This document shows positions 27,073-42,585 of a stretch of 64,000 nt of DNA, piece by piece. This DNA is from Eledone cirrhosa (lineage: Eukaryota). The notes under the pieces are model-generated. The model was not told where the DNA came from. It saw nothing but the letters and a program-made list of their open reading frames with translations, and made no database searches. Every line of letters begins with the position of its first letter. Position 1 is the first letter of the stretch. The stretch spans positions 347,076,001 to 347,140,000 of the forward strand of contig OZ024741.1 in assembly GCA_964016885.1 (NCBI GenBank), in the 5' to 3' direction. The translations under genes were made by a program, and so were the position numbers.

Positions 27073-28585
27073 ATATATATATATTTATATATATATATAT
27101 GTGTGTGTGTATTCATATATGTTTGTGCGTGTGTGTATGTATGTGTGTAAATCGTGCTATTATATTCCTGGTGCTTTCATAGATTTTATAATTGCGTTGG
27201 TCTGCATATTAAATTACTACGCCAATCTAAATTAGAACTCAATACCAATGCTTTTGGGAATCTACTATTCTATGGCTTAACTATACTATATGATAAATAT
27301 TTATTTAATAATCGTTAACGTAAATTATAATATACAGTAGGACCGGCATATAATGATATATGAACAAAACCTTGACAATAGAACAGAATGGTCAAACCAA
27401 CCATGTTGTTTTGTCTTTACTGTCAATTGAAAATAGAGGATCAGTGACTTCATCTCGTTTCATTGTTTCCAAGACTGGTTTACACTCTTGAAACTGATTG
27501 CCAAGTTTACATGCTTCCAGCGGAACATGTTCTTCTTAAAATCTCATTCGTGGTTGATATGTTAATCTGTGTAACGGATTAGGTATAGCATATGCGTAGA
27601 CAGCAAATGTATTTAAACTGCGAAATCAAGGAGCAATTAAAATTCCTGTAATCGATAATTATTTTCATTGTCACCGCTGATATCAATTGCTATATAGTCA
27701 TGGTGGGAGTTGTACTCGGAGAATAGAATAGAAAAACTGCAGGACAATTTCTGCGGCATTGTAATTTTCGGATGTGCATGATTTTACGTTGGCAATGCGG
27801 ACTTAAATATTTAGTTCCACCCTAGATCTGATCCATATTCTAATCATGTCTATCATTAAAATAGTATCTCTACAGATCTTATTATTTAATGGGTACGTGT
27901 TTTCTATCTGAATCATAACACTAGAACACACGACTCTCCCTGCACAATCTGCCTTCGTCAAATTGTGTCCATATGTTTGGGAATATGTATATGTATAATT
28001 TTGAGTTGATATGTTTACGTTAATCTCTGCTTCTTTATTCCACCAAAAGCATATCAACCAAAATGCCAGGTTTAATTAGAAATCCATCAAATATACTGCA
28101 CTGCTTGATGGAACCCCCTGCTCAAAGAGATTAGTTATGTGAAACCCATAGGTTACCGCTCAAAATACGATAAATTTGACAATGTGGATTGGAAAATATC
28201 GACACACAGAAAATACTGAATCTGTCGCTTTAACTGATTTGGATGGTATTTAAATATCCGGACGTTCAGATCAAAGTAACTATATAAAGAACAAATAGTA
28301 AACTGTTGTATTCATAATTCGATATATCGTTCGAATCTAGATATATTACGCAAATGTACCTCTCCCTTCTTTAATTCTAATGGATTATTCACACTTTCGT
28401 CCGGGAATATCAATATCTGTTTACCAAATTAATCAACCAATTTATATATAATCTCGCTAAAAATAAGAGAGAAATGGAAAACATTGCATCACAAAACTAT
28501 ATCGAATACACAAACAAGATATATACATATATGTATCTCTCTCTCCCTCCCTCCCTCCCTCTCTCACTCCCTCTATTTATCTATT

Positions 28586-29020
<435 letters not shown>

Positions 29021-29461
29021 TTAAATACTTTAAACTTAATTAAATATTCGAAATAGCATCTCACTATAATTCGATATAGAGTAACATTTATTAGTAGCTC
29101 TTTCCCCTAATTATATGCATTCATGCTTATTTTTTACCTTTTAATGTTTTAGCTTCCTTATGTTTATGCGTTAATGACTAAAGGCTACAAGGTACACAAC
29201 CACCCGTAATTGCATGAGTAAATATATATCTATGTAGGATATGGAAATATATTTATGTGTGTGTATATATATATATATTTATGTATGTGTATCAGTGTAC
29301 GTATATATATATATGTGTATATGTATGTGCGTGTGTGTATGTGTGTATATATATATATATGTTGTGTTTGTGTGTGTGTACATGTGAGTATAGGTGTATG
29401 CGTGTTTATATATTAGTGTGTGTACATGTATTAGGAGTGTACATATAAACACACATATATA

Positions 29462-29524
<63 letters not shown>

Positions 29525-29545
29525 ACATATATATATATATGTATT

Positions 29546-29584
<39 letters not shown>

Positions 29585-30490
29585 GTGGGTATAGGTGTGT
29601 ATGTGTGGATAGGGATATGTATGTATATGATTATGTGCATACGTGTAAATGTGTATTTAGGTTTGCATCTATTTGTGCGTAAGTATATTTTTGGTTGGAT
29701 ATCAAGATAACTGTACCTCTCTATATATATAATGTGGATATATACACTTTGTAATCTATGGTATTTATGTGTTTTAACTATGCCAACATGTATTTATCTG
29801 AGTTTGATTATTTATGCATAAACATACTTGATAGTATTTTAGAGCGTATCATACGCTGTATTATACTAAGTGCAATTTACCACACCGTACTATATTGTGT
29901 TGGTTAAGTTGTATATTATAGCATTACTGTATTTCATTATATTATTATAATTTTCATCTTTTAATTTCATCTTTTAATTTATTTTCACCTAAAAACTCAA
30001 TACAACACTAATCACCATTTATTTTGACATTCTTTTTAACTTCGCTATACTAGATACATTCAACTATCAGTTTAACAATCCCTTTCCTCCTAATAGATTT
30101 TTATGCCAATTCTACCATTAACACCATTCAACCATTCATTTAAAAGGGTCATGACCTCAACTAAAGTGTATTACTTTTCATCTTAACACCATATGAAAAA
30201 AACAATTAGATTCGTTAGTTCTTCAACTAACTCCAAATAAGGACATGATACTAACATACTACTAATTCTGAATAAAATTATTATTGAATAAAATTATTAT
30301 TGCTTTTGAAAACACTGCTGATATGCATGTAAGTAAATATTGTCTTTATTTGATAGTTTGTAACTAACCTTACATAGATCAATAACGGAGTATAGCTACA
30401 ATGTATTATCATCATCTAGAAACGATCGTAAAGCAGTGAAGTATATCTCTAATGACTTGATTTTTAATTTCATTGTTTTAACTTATAAAT

Positions 30491-30528
<38 letters not shown>

Positions 30529-30732
30529 TAACGATCGTAAAATGATGATTTTTTTAATATAAGGAACTTGTTCTTTGTTTTTAGTTCATTGTTTTGATTA
30601 ATTTATCTTGACTCTGTTTTCCTATGATTTTTATCGAAAGTTTTTGAATGCATCTTCTCTTTTCATGATATTTGGATTACATTGAGTTCTTCATACGAAT
30701 TGGACACTGCCATATATTTTGGTAGATTTATC

Positions 30733-30801
<69 letters not shown>

Positions 30802-30943
30802 GATCCGGCTATACTTGGTGGAGTCGTATTGGTATCGTAGGTATATACACCTTGACGTAACTAATTAAACGTAACAGAGAACATCCAATCTTCATGCCCG
30901 AACACAGCCGATCTATTCGATAGAACGAGTGAAATAGAGAGAA

Positions 30944-31020
<77 letters not shown>

Positions 31021-31034
31021 GAGAGAGAGAGAAC

Positions 31035-31095
<61 letters not shown>

Positions 31096-31445
31096 AAGGA
31101 TGTTAGTGAAATCGATGATGAATCGCACACAATCTTGGAGTGGTATGTTTTAGCGTCATTGAAGGGCATAAAGGCAATGTTCTCTGCCGGTTAATGGACG
31201 TCAGTGCAAAAAGACCAGTAAAAATTAACAAATTATTCTATCCTAATTTCTACTTCGCACGCACGTGCACCTACACCGCCCACACACTCACCCTCTCCCG
31301 CATATATATCTATATCTCTATATAGACGCACATACATATGTCTATAGTTATACACACACACGCACACACACCCACCCACACACTCATATATATATATATA
31401 TATATATGCCCCTAGATATGTATATACTTATATACACACACACAC

Positions 31446-31537
<92 letters not shown>

Positions 31538-32294
31538 GTGTGTGTGTGTGTGTGAATGTATATATATATATATATTTATGTATAGTGAGTGATAAAAGAG
31601 ACTGATATATGCTCTTCTTTAACATTCACACTTGCCTCCGAATATCCATAACACCAATTTAACTCCCATTTATATATCTCATTCTTGAACGATATACTTC
31701 TTTATATCATATATTACGATAATATCATCCTCACCAATTACAGCGATATATCTGTGATATTTCACAAGTGTGTTCAATATGTCTGAAAGATAACCTATAA
31801 GACACACTATTCCAGGAGAATTAACATTTCGAAAACCAACACATTTAGACGGCATATTGGCATACATAATTGATTCTCTTGTGGAAGTATATTAGACGTT
31901 CAATTGTACTTAAATGATAGGCAAAACTCTAATGGGTGTCAACTACAGCAGTCTCTCTCACTTAGATTGGCCTCGTGAATATCGCCATTAAGGAAATGTA
32001 ACGGTCAAATCGCTAAAGATTACATTCCAAATAACAACTAGGCTAAAATTAAATTATATCTTTTCTATCACCCGCAAGAAATGACTCGGTCAATTATTAT
32101 TACCATATTATTAGAGTAAATACATTTCCTCCCGTTTTAACTTCGTTGATTTCGAAGTCAGTATAAAGATACCTTTACAGGTTATATTTTACGAACGACA
32201 TTCACTGTCGCTCTATACGGCAGACAAATTGCTTCACACTTTCTTTATTTATTTAGCTTCACCTTTACTTGCCATAATATATTTAACTTCAATC

Positions 32295-32440
<146 letters not shown>

Positions 32441-33284
32441 CTTCACATTCACTCGGCATACCAAACAGTAATATGAACAATTTCTTGGAAGATAATAAAA
32501 TAATCTAAGCGCAATTCACATGTCCTCATTTAGAGCTAATACAAAATTAATAAACAAATTGAAAATATCAATTGAATGATGGTGTGGACCTCTTTTGAAT
32601 CAGTTTAGAAATGTATTGAAAGCTCACTGGCTGAAAAATATATTTCATTATAGAAATATGGCAATATGCATTAGAACCAATTAGATTCAAGTTACTATCA
32701 GTATTCCATATCATATTAGATTTTACCTCTTTAGTTCCACACTCAACCAATTCGCTCATAATATTTCTAGCATACAAACATCATTTGTCAATGTCAATTA
32801 AAATGATGCCAATGTCATTTTGAAAGACAGGGTAATATTGATTTATGAAATGTTCACGAAGATAGGGATTTCTTAGCCAATTAAACGGAATACCTCTATG
32901 AATAGCAGTTATGCTATCGTCCATAAAGAAATGCGAAAGAATAGGAGAACAATATTTACAAAGTGTAAGTAAATATATTGTGATGGGGAAATATGTATAA
33001 TGTTAATATTAATACTAATAATAACACCTCCATTATTGGATGTAGAGGCCTCGTCCATATACTACATATGCTTAAAAGTAAAGCAGTGATATAAAAGATG
33101 GTGTGATGAATATTTACAATAAGATTTGAAGGAATGGAGACAGATTCAAAATATCTAAATATAAGAAACAAAGAACCTCCTCTTACACTGGTGAGAACTG
33201 TCACCTATAGTAGATAAGCAGCACACAAAATCTGTCTGACACATGGGCCAGTTAAATAAGATCATACAGTTCGTTTATCCTTCG

Positions 33285-33830
33285 TACATTTTTTTTATTT
33301 GCATTTGAAAATGGAGCAATGATATGTTGAAATATTTCTGTTGAAATATAATGGGTAATAAAAACATCAATGTGCTTTGTTTATTTATTATCGTTTGCAG
33401 TTTTGTTTTCCGTCGGTTAGATTAATAACCGCATGGCTGTTTGGTTCTTTAATACGAAATGTTGATGGAAATAATATTGGCAAGATCCCATTTTACGAGG
33501 GCAATCCCAGAAGTAAGGTCTCCTTCCGATATTGCAACTTCCGATATTGCAACCTTTCCGTTAAAATCCTGTGGATGGTGCTTCGGGAAACCTCAGGAAC
33601 CAAAATGCAGAGAGCATCCAGAGTGATCCGCATATTTTCCTCGGAAGGAGACCTTACTTTTGGAATTGCCATCGTAATAATAACTGCACGAAATTCGCAC
33701 TTGGCGGTAGCGTTCAACGGGAGCTCCATTCTCAACGGCTGCCAAGCCAAGATTGAGCATCCCAGCGAAGCGCCCGCATGCTTGATTGGGAGTGAAGGAA
33801 TCACCAATCACAATAGTGTTGCCAAAGGCC
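33285..33830 (-). mobile_element. Mariner-type DNA transposon remnant with internal deletions
   Basis: ORF 33493-33807 contains ATAKCEFRAVI (mariner HTH start) and VSRSTIHRILTERLQYRKL (second HTH). Confidence 0.6.
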
Positions 33831-34089
33831 GTACGAACAGTTTCCCTGCGTCCCCATCGCTTTGGAGACCTTACTTTTAGGATTACCCTCGTAGATTACT
33901 ATTTCCATGTCCGCGGAGTCAATAATATTTGGTTTGAGATATCAAATTCAATATGGATGAAGTTTTGTTTATGTATATAATACCACTGATAGACATTTGT
34001 AAAATAAAAGCACGAGGACATTTTCATTATTAAATTTCATACCTTATTCCATATTTGGCATACAAATCTGATAAGGGCCGTAAGAATTT

Positions 34090-34500
34090 TCCTTTGCAAG
34101 AAATGGAGCCTCTCACGAATACTCTGGCAAATAGGATCGACGGCTTCGATAACAGAGCCTCGAGGACCGTGGAAGATATCAGATGGTACAACCACGTTTC
34201 CAGCGAAGAGTTTCGTGCTCGCGCGTATCAGCCCATAGCCTCCCACCTAATAGACATTCGCCGCATACTCTTGTACTGACATGCCCTACATCTCCCGACA
34301 GATCATAATACTGGATCTTATTATTCGGGCTGAAAGAGACTCCACTAAAAAACCTCGCACCAAAAGACATTAAGGGACATATCGAGACGTCACCTCATAC
34401 GATGCAGATGGCCTGGCACAGGGCCACCAGCGCTGGAGGGCACTGCTGTATCTGGTCCGCTCTATAAACGATAATGCCTTTGGGATCGCCTTTTTAGGAT
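34090..34500 (+). mobile_element. RTE-type LINE 3' fragment
   Basis: NRIDGFDNRASRTVEDIRWYNHVSSEEFRARAYQPIASHLIDIRR matches the RTE post-RT consensus (F..R.LR.I..I.W...VSN.E...R). Confidence 0.6.
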
Positions 34501-35986
34501 GACCCCAGTCCCATCGAGCTAGACCAAAAGCAATTCTTGTGACGATTTATGTTGGTAATGTATGCACTCTTCATTAACTATAAATATTTAATTAAGTAAT
34601 TTCCTTCAGTAGATCCGCTTACTTTCGTTGTCTTTTCAATTAATAATATTTACATATTCATTCATTCTTCTTTCAATATCTATTATTCCGTGCTGTGGCA
34701 AGATAATGAGTTATCTCAATTGAAGTTTTGACCGCAATCGTTAAATTGGATTAGTGGTTTGGTAAATTCTCATTGGGTCCATTAGGTTTCAAGCGGTAGT
34801 TATTTCAGTTAATTTACGTTTCCTAAAACCATCGGATATGAATAAATAACGCAAGGTCTATTCACCCCATTGATATATTTAGATGATAATATGTGCAAGA
34901 ATATTAATAGAAATTATGAAGGATAGTGAATGGGAGAATGGTGAGTGTGTCTTGCAAAATGATTTTCGGGATTATTTTCCGGCCTTTATTTTTTTAGTTC
35001 AAATCCCACCGTTAAATACTGAAACCATTTAATAAATGCCTGATATTTTCTAAAATGCAAGAATCCGACAATTAATATTTGGATCATATGATGGTGGATT
35101 CGAATTCATATTATTAAGAAATTATGCCCTATATTACGAGTAAAATCCACAAAAATACACACAGATTCTCTCATACTATCGTATGTACACCCAAACTAAT
35201 AAAGGGAACCACATTAAATGTTATAATGCGAAAGAAGTTTACAGCTATCTCATTCAAGTATATATAATTATATTCTGTGATAACAGCATTTCCTTAATAT
35301 TCTGATAAATTACATTACTGAAATACTAAGGAAAAATACAAATGATCGAAATATTTATACATATGAAATGACTTTCCTGAAAGGATAATGAATGATATTG
35401 TTCTTGATTTGATTCACGTCACCTTTCATGTGGCCAACTTATATATGAAGTGTTTCCAACAGTTAGATTCACGTAAGTGTGCTTCTTTATTAGGTAACGT
35501 GAATCTAGGATTATATTTTTCAATCTATCGATCGAGATTAAATATATGTAGGTTGGCTTTAAATATATGTAAGTTGGCTTTCATTTCTGAGAGACCAAGT
35601 GATCGTATATAGGTCTCATGGCTAGTTTGGTACTCGTTTGATTAAAACACCTCATGGGAATTCGTTTATGTATATTCATGAATTATTTGCCAATTTTCCG
35701 AATAATGCGTGAGTGTGTTGATGGATTAGATATGATTGTTTGAAAGAAAACAATATTTCGCCGAGGGTCAGGCAAGTAACTATTTTGAGATTAAAACCTA
35801 TCGATAATTATATATTTTCGCTTCGATATATGCATAGATATTTCACTTATCTCACAATATATTCATATATGTATATATATAATTACAGCTATACATAATA
35901 AACGTACGTATAAGATTAAGATCTAAATAAGCAATAAAAAATCGAACACAATTTTAAGCTAGTTTAGAAATATTGTGACAATTTAT

Positions 35987-36170
35987 TGGATTGGCAGTAT
36001 CGGTAGAGGGTCGGACGCCATGCTTTGACGCATAGACATACAGCCTTGCCATTCTGAGTTCAAATCCCGCAGAGGATAACTTTGCCTTTCATCCTTAAGG
36101 GGTCGATAAAATAAAGTACCAGTAGTGCACTGGGTAATTGCTGGCCTTGTACCAAATGTAGAAACAATTA
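35987..36170 (+). mobile_element. Nin-type octopus SINE
   Basis: Same sequence family as 5722-5910. Confidence 0.85.
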
Positions 36171-37637
36171 TTTCCTTACGTTGCTTCGTACATAACAAAT
36201 AAATGTATATGGACTATCAATGCATGACTTCTAATATCTTAATACATTCAGCAGATGACATCAATGTGAGGTTTATGTTAAAACCTAACACAGGCGCATG
36301 ACAATAAATCCTTAGCAGAGGATCGTAAATTTTAGTGATCCACAAATTAATTGGTCCTTAATTTTAATGGCGGTGGAAATAATTTGTCGGTGGAAATTGA
36401 AATCAGATATTAATAAGATGATAATATGGAACATACACTGAATGTTATTTTGCAGATCCAGACCCGTTTGTTATCTATAATAATATTTATATCAATGCCA
36501 ACGCACAAATTTAACTTGAATATTCATAGTCGCTTTATTCGAAGCTAATATGTTATTCGTGTGTAAGTTTATGCGGTCTTGCTTTAGCCAATAGTAGGAA
36601 ACACATTTCTGTTTTAAATAACATTTGGATTAGAACTATTTAAATTATCTTATCAAATTATTAACACAAAGATCGTTTCACCTGCGGGGAAGGGGATGGC
36701 CTCCGATTTTTAGAATGCAAAAGGCAATAAAAGAGCCACAACAATAATACGTCCATTATTCCAAGAATCCGTGTTTTTGTTGGATTTAAGGGTGAAGTGG
36801 CGTGATACATTTCATGTTAAGCTATTACATTCAGTAATTCTTTTCATGAAAATATATTTGTTTAAGCTGGAACCGGTTGGAGATGGTATCATTCACATTT
36901 ATATTAGCCATCTTTATATCACACTTATACGTGGCAGGCGTCGAGGCACTTTATGTAAATTCTGTTATTTGTCACCGAACTCGGAAATGGTCCAACAATC
37001 GCAGTATTCGAAGTAATTTCTAGATGATGTTTCAGGATTAGTTTATGGGCCACTAGGTGAGAAATATCAAAATAGATTCGGATATAATCCTTTGTCATAT
37101 TATTCATGATCTCTGTGCCTTAATATTTCAAATAATATGCAGCCAGTATTGCGCTATAAGCCAAAATATCAAACGCGGTTGTCTGAATAGACATGTATTT
37201 TTACTTATTTTCTATCTTTTTATTTCATCTTTAATGTAGTTATGACTATACACCTCGCTCTCTATACACAAGAACTCATCCTCCAGTCTCCTTCTGAGCA
37301 AGGAAGATGGGAAAAAACTTACTGCAATACTTAATTTTAAATCTTTAATTTTTAGTTTTTAATTCTTTTTAATTTTTATTAATTCTTTTTAATTGTAATA
37401 CACAATATTTGATGGGATGAATTTTAATAATACATTGAAACCGGTAAAACTTTATATACTTTTATACATTATAAAACTTGTTTTAAAAGGAATTGTCCCT
37501 CTGATTTTTTCAATAATGTCACTTTGACGAATCAAAGAAAGGAAAAAAAACAGACGCTAAAATATAATTTCCGTGCTATTTCCAACTTCACCTTTTCCCT
37601 TTATCCACTGTTTTGTATAGAACCTTACTTCCCTTTT

Positions 37638-37668
<31 letters not shown>

Positions 37669-37896
37669 TAGATAAGTGAAGTAAGGTTATATATATATAT
37701 ATATAAATATTGAAAGGATAACAAGGACGATTGGTTCATCCTTCATTACATTTATTGGTAGGTGACGCGCGTTTCGCCACTGATCGGCTGAAGGTTCGAT
37801 CTGTATCGATCTTACCCGACTCAATAATCGGCAGATCGACGGACCCAAACATCGAGTGCTCTCCCGGGTGAACCTGCAGTAACTCCAACTTACACT

Positions 37897-37938
<42 letters not shown>

Positions 37939-38163
37939 GGATTAACAAATAATAGTTAAATGCAGTCCACTTAGGTGAAGTCCAGTTATGGTATTCCAGG
38001 TAGTGGATGATATTAACGCTTGGCTTGGTTTGACTCAACAAGGCGTTTTCATAGTGATGCTGCGGGTATGCTGTAATTCCTATGTTGTAAACACTTGGAG
38101 TAATAATAAATCAGGAAAGAAGGTTTACATGGTTTGCTATACAAAAAAGTTTTTAATCACATA

Positions 38164-38269
38164 GCTTACATTTGTTTCACTGAACTGGTATGTCTAGAGA
38201 TCGCTATCCGCCTAATTTTGCGTCACTCGATCGCCAATACAGAATTATAACCAGTCAGATCTTCGGAGC
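38164..38269 (-). ncRNA. Type I hammerhead motif, C4 variant with long stem II insertion (3' pLTR)
   Basis: gct-CCGAAGA-t-ctgactggt..(~65 nt)..accagttcag-t-GAAA-c-aaat-g-TA-agc. Confidence 0.7.
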
Positions 38270-38629
38270 ATGCGAGAATGAAGAAAATACACAGGCAAGA
38301 AAATAAAAGAAAATATGGAGTAGTTATGGCATTCAATTAGAACAATAAACAACAACAATTATTACAACAATGCTATCAATAAACTATTTAAGGAGACCCT
38401 GACATTACTTAGGTGGGGGGTATATAATGTATCTAATGTTACGGCGTGAAAACCAGCTGTCATAAGGCAAAAAGTATCGTAGTGTGTATCAATTTTAAAT
38501 TATAAAGATAAGCTAGTTTTTACAGTCTTTCTCTTCATCTTCAACCGTATACATGAGTGGGACCACTGTCAAAGCTCAATAGTTGTAGAGTTAATACAGA
38601 GGTTAACGAATTAATATACGCATATATCT

Positions 38630-38700
<71 letters not shown>

Positions 38701-39032
38701 TAAATACATATACACATATATGTGTACATAGACACATACATACACACTAATATACACTCGTACAAAAATATACATACATGCAAAGAGAAAAGCGTGCTAA
38801 TTGTAATATGGCAAAAAGAAGGTAAAGTAACATTGTAGTAGTGAAATGAGAAAAACTAGGATCTAGGATCAAATGATTGCAGCAGCTGAGAAGGAGTAAG
38901 ATTGTTGGTAGATGAGGTATTTACAGACTATTGTGTGGTATAGACTTGTGAAGGAAATAGTATACTTAATGAATATATATTTTTTGTGGGTAGTAGGTAT
39001 CCTAATTTAAAGCTATGTTATGTTGGTTCGAT

Positions 39033-41417
39033 TCACGGAGGTTTGAATCTTATGAATTTAGTGGTTATTCTATGCCTGCAGAAGATAGATCTTTCTAACT
39101 TATTATTAAGTAGTCTTTTAACATTTCTAAGGATATACAATAGCTCAAGATCACACAGCCCGCAATAGGACATACCTGTACTATAGGTTTTAGCAGCCGA
39201 CAACTTCGACCAGTTGATAGTGTAGCTAGCGTTGCTGTCCTTCAATTCCCATATTTTTCTGGCGAGGGTGGTGGAACCCATAAGAGCTCGGTTTTTCATC
39301 GAGTGCCTGTGCACATACCATCTTTTCTTAAAAGAACCCGCGGTAGATCCTATGTAATTCCAAGTGGAGTTACCCGAGATGACAGTGCACATGTACACCA
39401 GGCTCGAATCGAGACATTTATTCGCCAATGGGCACCTATCTGGGAGGTGACAGTTGCAGTTTGAGGCGCTATTATGTGCAGCTTTTACATTCCTATTTAG
39501 TACCCTGTTATAAGTGGGTTGTGATATATGCCCAATGGGGTTTTGCTGCTACGCGTTTGTATGCGCTTGTGGTTGTGATGTTGTGATGAGTTTATGCTTA
39601 TGTATAGGTGCAATTGATTTACTTGAGATATTTCTGCGGTTGATCTTGCGTATGTGTGATTCTATGTTAGCTGCTGTTGAAAAAGAGAGTTTTATAGTAG
39701 ATCTATTGAGTAGTTTGTGATATCTATGCGAGATAGGGAAGTGTTTATCTATTAGTTTAAAGAATATAGAAGGCAGTCTAGTTTTTATAGAGGAGTTGAA
39801 TATTGGGTTGAACCATAGGTATTTCCTTTGTCTGTTTCTTCTATTGTTTCTAGGGTTTACGTTATTAGTGTTTTGGCCGTTTACTCTAGGTGTTACATGT
39901 CTAACCCTATGTCTAGTCAAGCTATTCCTATTATTATGTGAGCGGTTGGAGTAGAAATTACTAGGATTGTTTATGTTGTCCTTATTCACTATATACTGTA
40001 GTTTATCTTTATGACCGGCCCTACTTAATGCTGCATTATAATAGTCAGCATGCTCGTTAAAGATTTCTAGGTTTGAGGATAGGCGGGATATTCGGAGGGA
40101 TATACTACGTGCTATGGATTTAATTATGGATTTGGGGTGATTTGAGTTGTAACTAATGTAGGCAAGATTTTCATTATTTTTGTGGAAAGGTTCTATTAAT
40201 CCAGTATTTAGATTTAGAGTTACATCTAGAAAATTTACCTTCTTATGGTTTAGTTCGTAGGTAATACTTAGGCCTAGTTTTTTGAAGAATATTCTAATAT
40301 TTTTCCTTAGTCTTTCCATGCTCTGGTTGTTTAGGTTCCTAGCTATAAGTAACGTGTCGTCCCTATAAATTCCTCCTTGGAGGTTACTGAATTCCTTATG
40401 TAGGTTGTGTGCTATGAATAGCCCCACGATATCTGTAATTTGCGCAGAATCATTTGAACCCATTGTAATATCGAAGCTATTTATTCTATCCTTTCTTACC
40501 CAGTAGTTATTTTCAAATTTTACGATAGTCCTTCTAGCCGCTATTATTATTTCAATTTCATCATGGGTAAGATCAGAGTTATTTTGGGCAAATATAAGCG
40601 CCTTATCTAGGGTAGCTGGGGATATGGATGCATAATAGTCGTCTATATCAAATTGTATGAAGTTACACGTATCCCTATTTTGTATTTTATTGAACCATTT
40701 AATTGCCTCGTTAGTGTTGCCCCATAGATTGATTTCTAGTTTACCCTTTATTTGTGCGATTACCCTATCTAGAATGTTTTTGCTAATTTTACCTATGTCT
40801 GACTTGGATGGGCATATTAATCTAATGGTAGGATTAGTTTCAAAGTTATTTTTGTGATCTTTCAGGTTAAATGTAGGGTTGCACGGGGTAAGCGGTTCGG
40901 TCCTATCTGAAATTCCGAGTTTATTAACTATCTTGAGGCCCTCCATGTTTATGCTGGTGAGTGTAGATTCATTTGTTTTTTTATATTTTTTATGTAGTTC
41001 ACGCTGAATAAAGTTATTGTATGTGTTAATGTCCATAGAGTATACGTTTGATGTTTTGTCTGCTTTTACTATGATACCGTTAGTGTCTTTTAGTTTTTTA
41101 AGTAATGTGTTTAAGTCATTTTGCAATTTGTTGTGATTTGTTCTTTTTTTAAATTTAGTTTCACTTATCATGTTCATAAGGTCCAGCTCGAAGGCATCGA
41201 GTGCGGGGTTGTTTGGCGGGTTTTTGCAGGATTTAAACCCGTAATTCTCCTTGGAAAATTTCCTTCTGTTGGTATTCGGTCCCTTATCGAAATGGTAAGC
41301 TTTCCATCGGACCCTGCGGATGAAATCATTAGTCCGTCGTATCATGCCCAGTGTATAGTCCTTTTTTGTAGGTACAGGTATGTTTTTTAGTGACATACCT
41401 ATACAGTGCTTCTCCAT
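39033..41417 (-). pseudogene. Naiad-type RT + GIY-YIG ORF (~794 codons) with one premature TAG
   Basis: SLKNIPVP, RRVRWKAYHF, KADKT, FDIDDYYASI, ITMGS, GGIYRDD, WFNP, CNC...CPLANKCL, VY..YIG (GIY-YIG), CGLC..E..NK..CRH. TAG at 39549-39551 is CAG in the inverted copy. Confidence 0.92.
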
Positions 41418-41694
41418 GTTGTTGCCGTGCGTTAATGGTGTTGCTCGACCAGGTGGGAGCTAAATATACGGATTAACAAATAATAGTTAAATGCAGTCCA
41501 CTTAGGTGAAGTCCAGTTATGGTATTCCAGGTAGTGGATGATATTAACGCTTGGCTTGGTTTGACTCAACAAGGCGTTTTCATAGTGATGCTGCGGGTAT
41601 GCTGTAATTCCTATGTTGTAAACACTTGGAGTAATAATAAATCAGGAAAGAAGGTTTACATGGTTTGCTATACAAAAAAGTTTTTAATCACATA

Positions 41695-41800
41695 GCTTAC
41701 ATTTGTTTCACTGAACTGGTATGTCTAGAGATCGCTATCCGCCTAATTTTGCGTCACTCGATCGCCAATACAGAATTATAACCAGTCAGATCTTCGGAGC
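41695..41800 (-). ncRNA. Same hammerhead motif in the 5' pLTR
   Basis: Identical to 38164-38269, spaced 3531 nt away. Confidence 0.7.
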
Positions 41801-42165
41801 ATGCGAGAATGAAGAAAATACACAGACAAGAAAATAAAAGAAAATATGGAGTAGTTATGGCATTCAATTAGAACAATAAACAACAACAATTATTACAACA
41901 ATGCTATCAATAAACTATTTAAGGAGACCCTGACATTACTTAGGTGGGGGGTATATAATGTATCTAATGTTACGGCGTGAAAACCAGCTGTCATAAGGCA
42001 AAAAGTATCGTAGTGTGTATCAATTTTAAATTATAAAGATAAGCTAGTTTTTACAGTCTTTCTCTTCATCTTCAACCGTATACATGAGTGGGACCACTGT
42101 CAAAGCTCAATAGTTGTAGAGTTGATACAGAGGTTAACGAATTAATATACGCATATATCTACGCG

Positions 42166-42205
<40 letters not shown>

Positions 42206-42585
42206 AATATAAATACATATACACATATATGTGTACATAGACACATACATACACACTAATATACACTCGTACAAAAATATACATACATGCAAAGAGAAAA
42301 GCGTGCTAATTGTAATATGGCAAAAAGAAGGTAAAGTAACATTGTAGTAGTGAAATGAGAAAAACTAGGATCTAGGATCAAATGATTGCAGCAGCTGAGA
42401 AGGAGTAAGATTGTTGGTAGATGAGGTATTTACAGACTATTGTGTGGTATAGACTTGTGAAGGAAATAGTATACTTAATGAATATATATTTTTTGTGGGT
42501 AGTAGGTATCCTAATTTAAAGCTATGTTATGTTGGTTCGATTCACGGAGGTTTGAATCTTATGAATTTAGTGGCTATTCTATGCC

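Noticed and set aside
27803-28057. Possible host exon or ORF in unique sequence (also 32568-32777, 46814-47062, 19815-19945)
   Set aside because: No recognisable motif, and candidate splice-bounded frames contain stops.
39549-39551. Selenocysteine or programmed read-through in the Naiad ORF
   Set aside because: The stop is TAG, not TGA, it lies in a Gln run of the linker, and it is CAG in the inverted copy. A point mutation is simpler.
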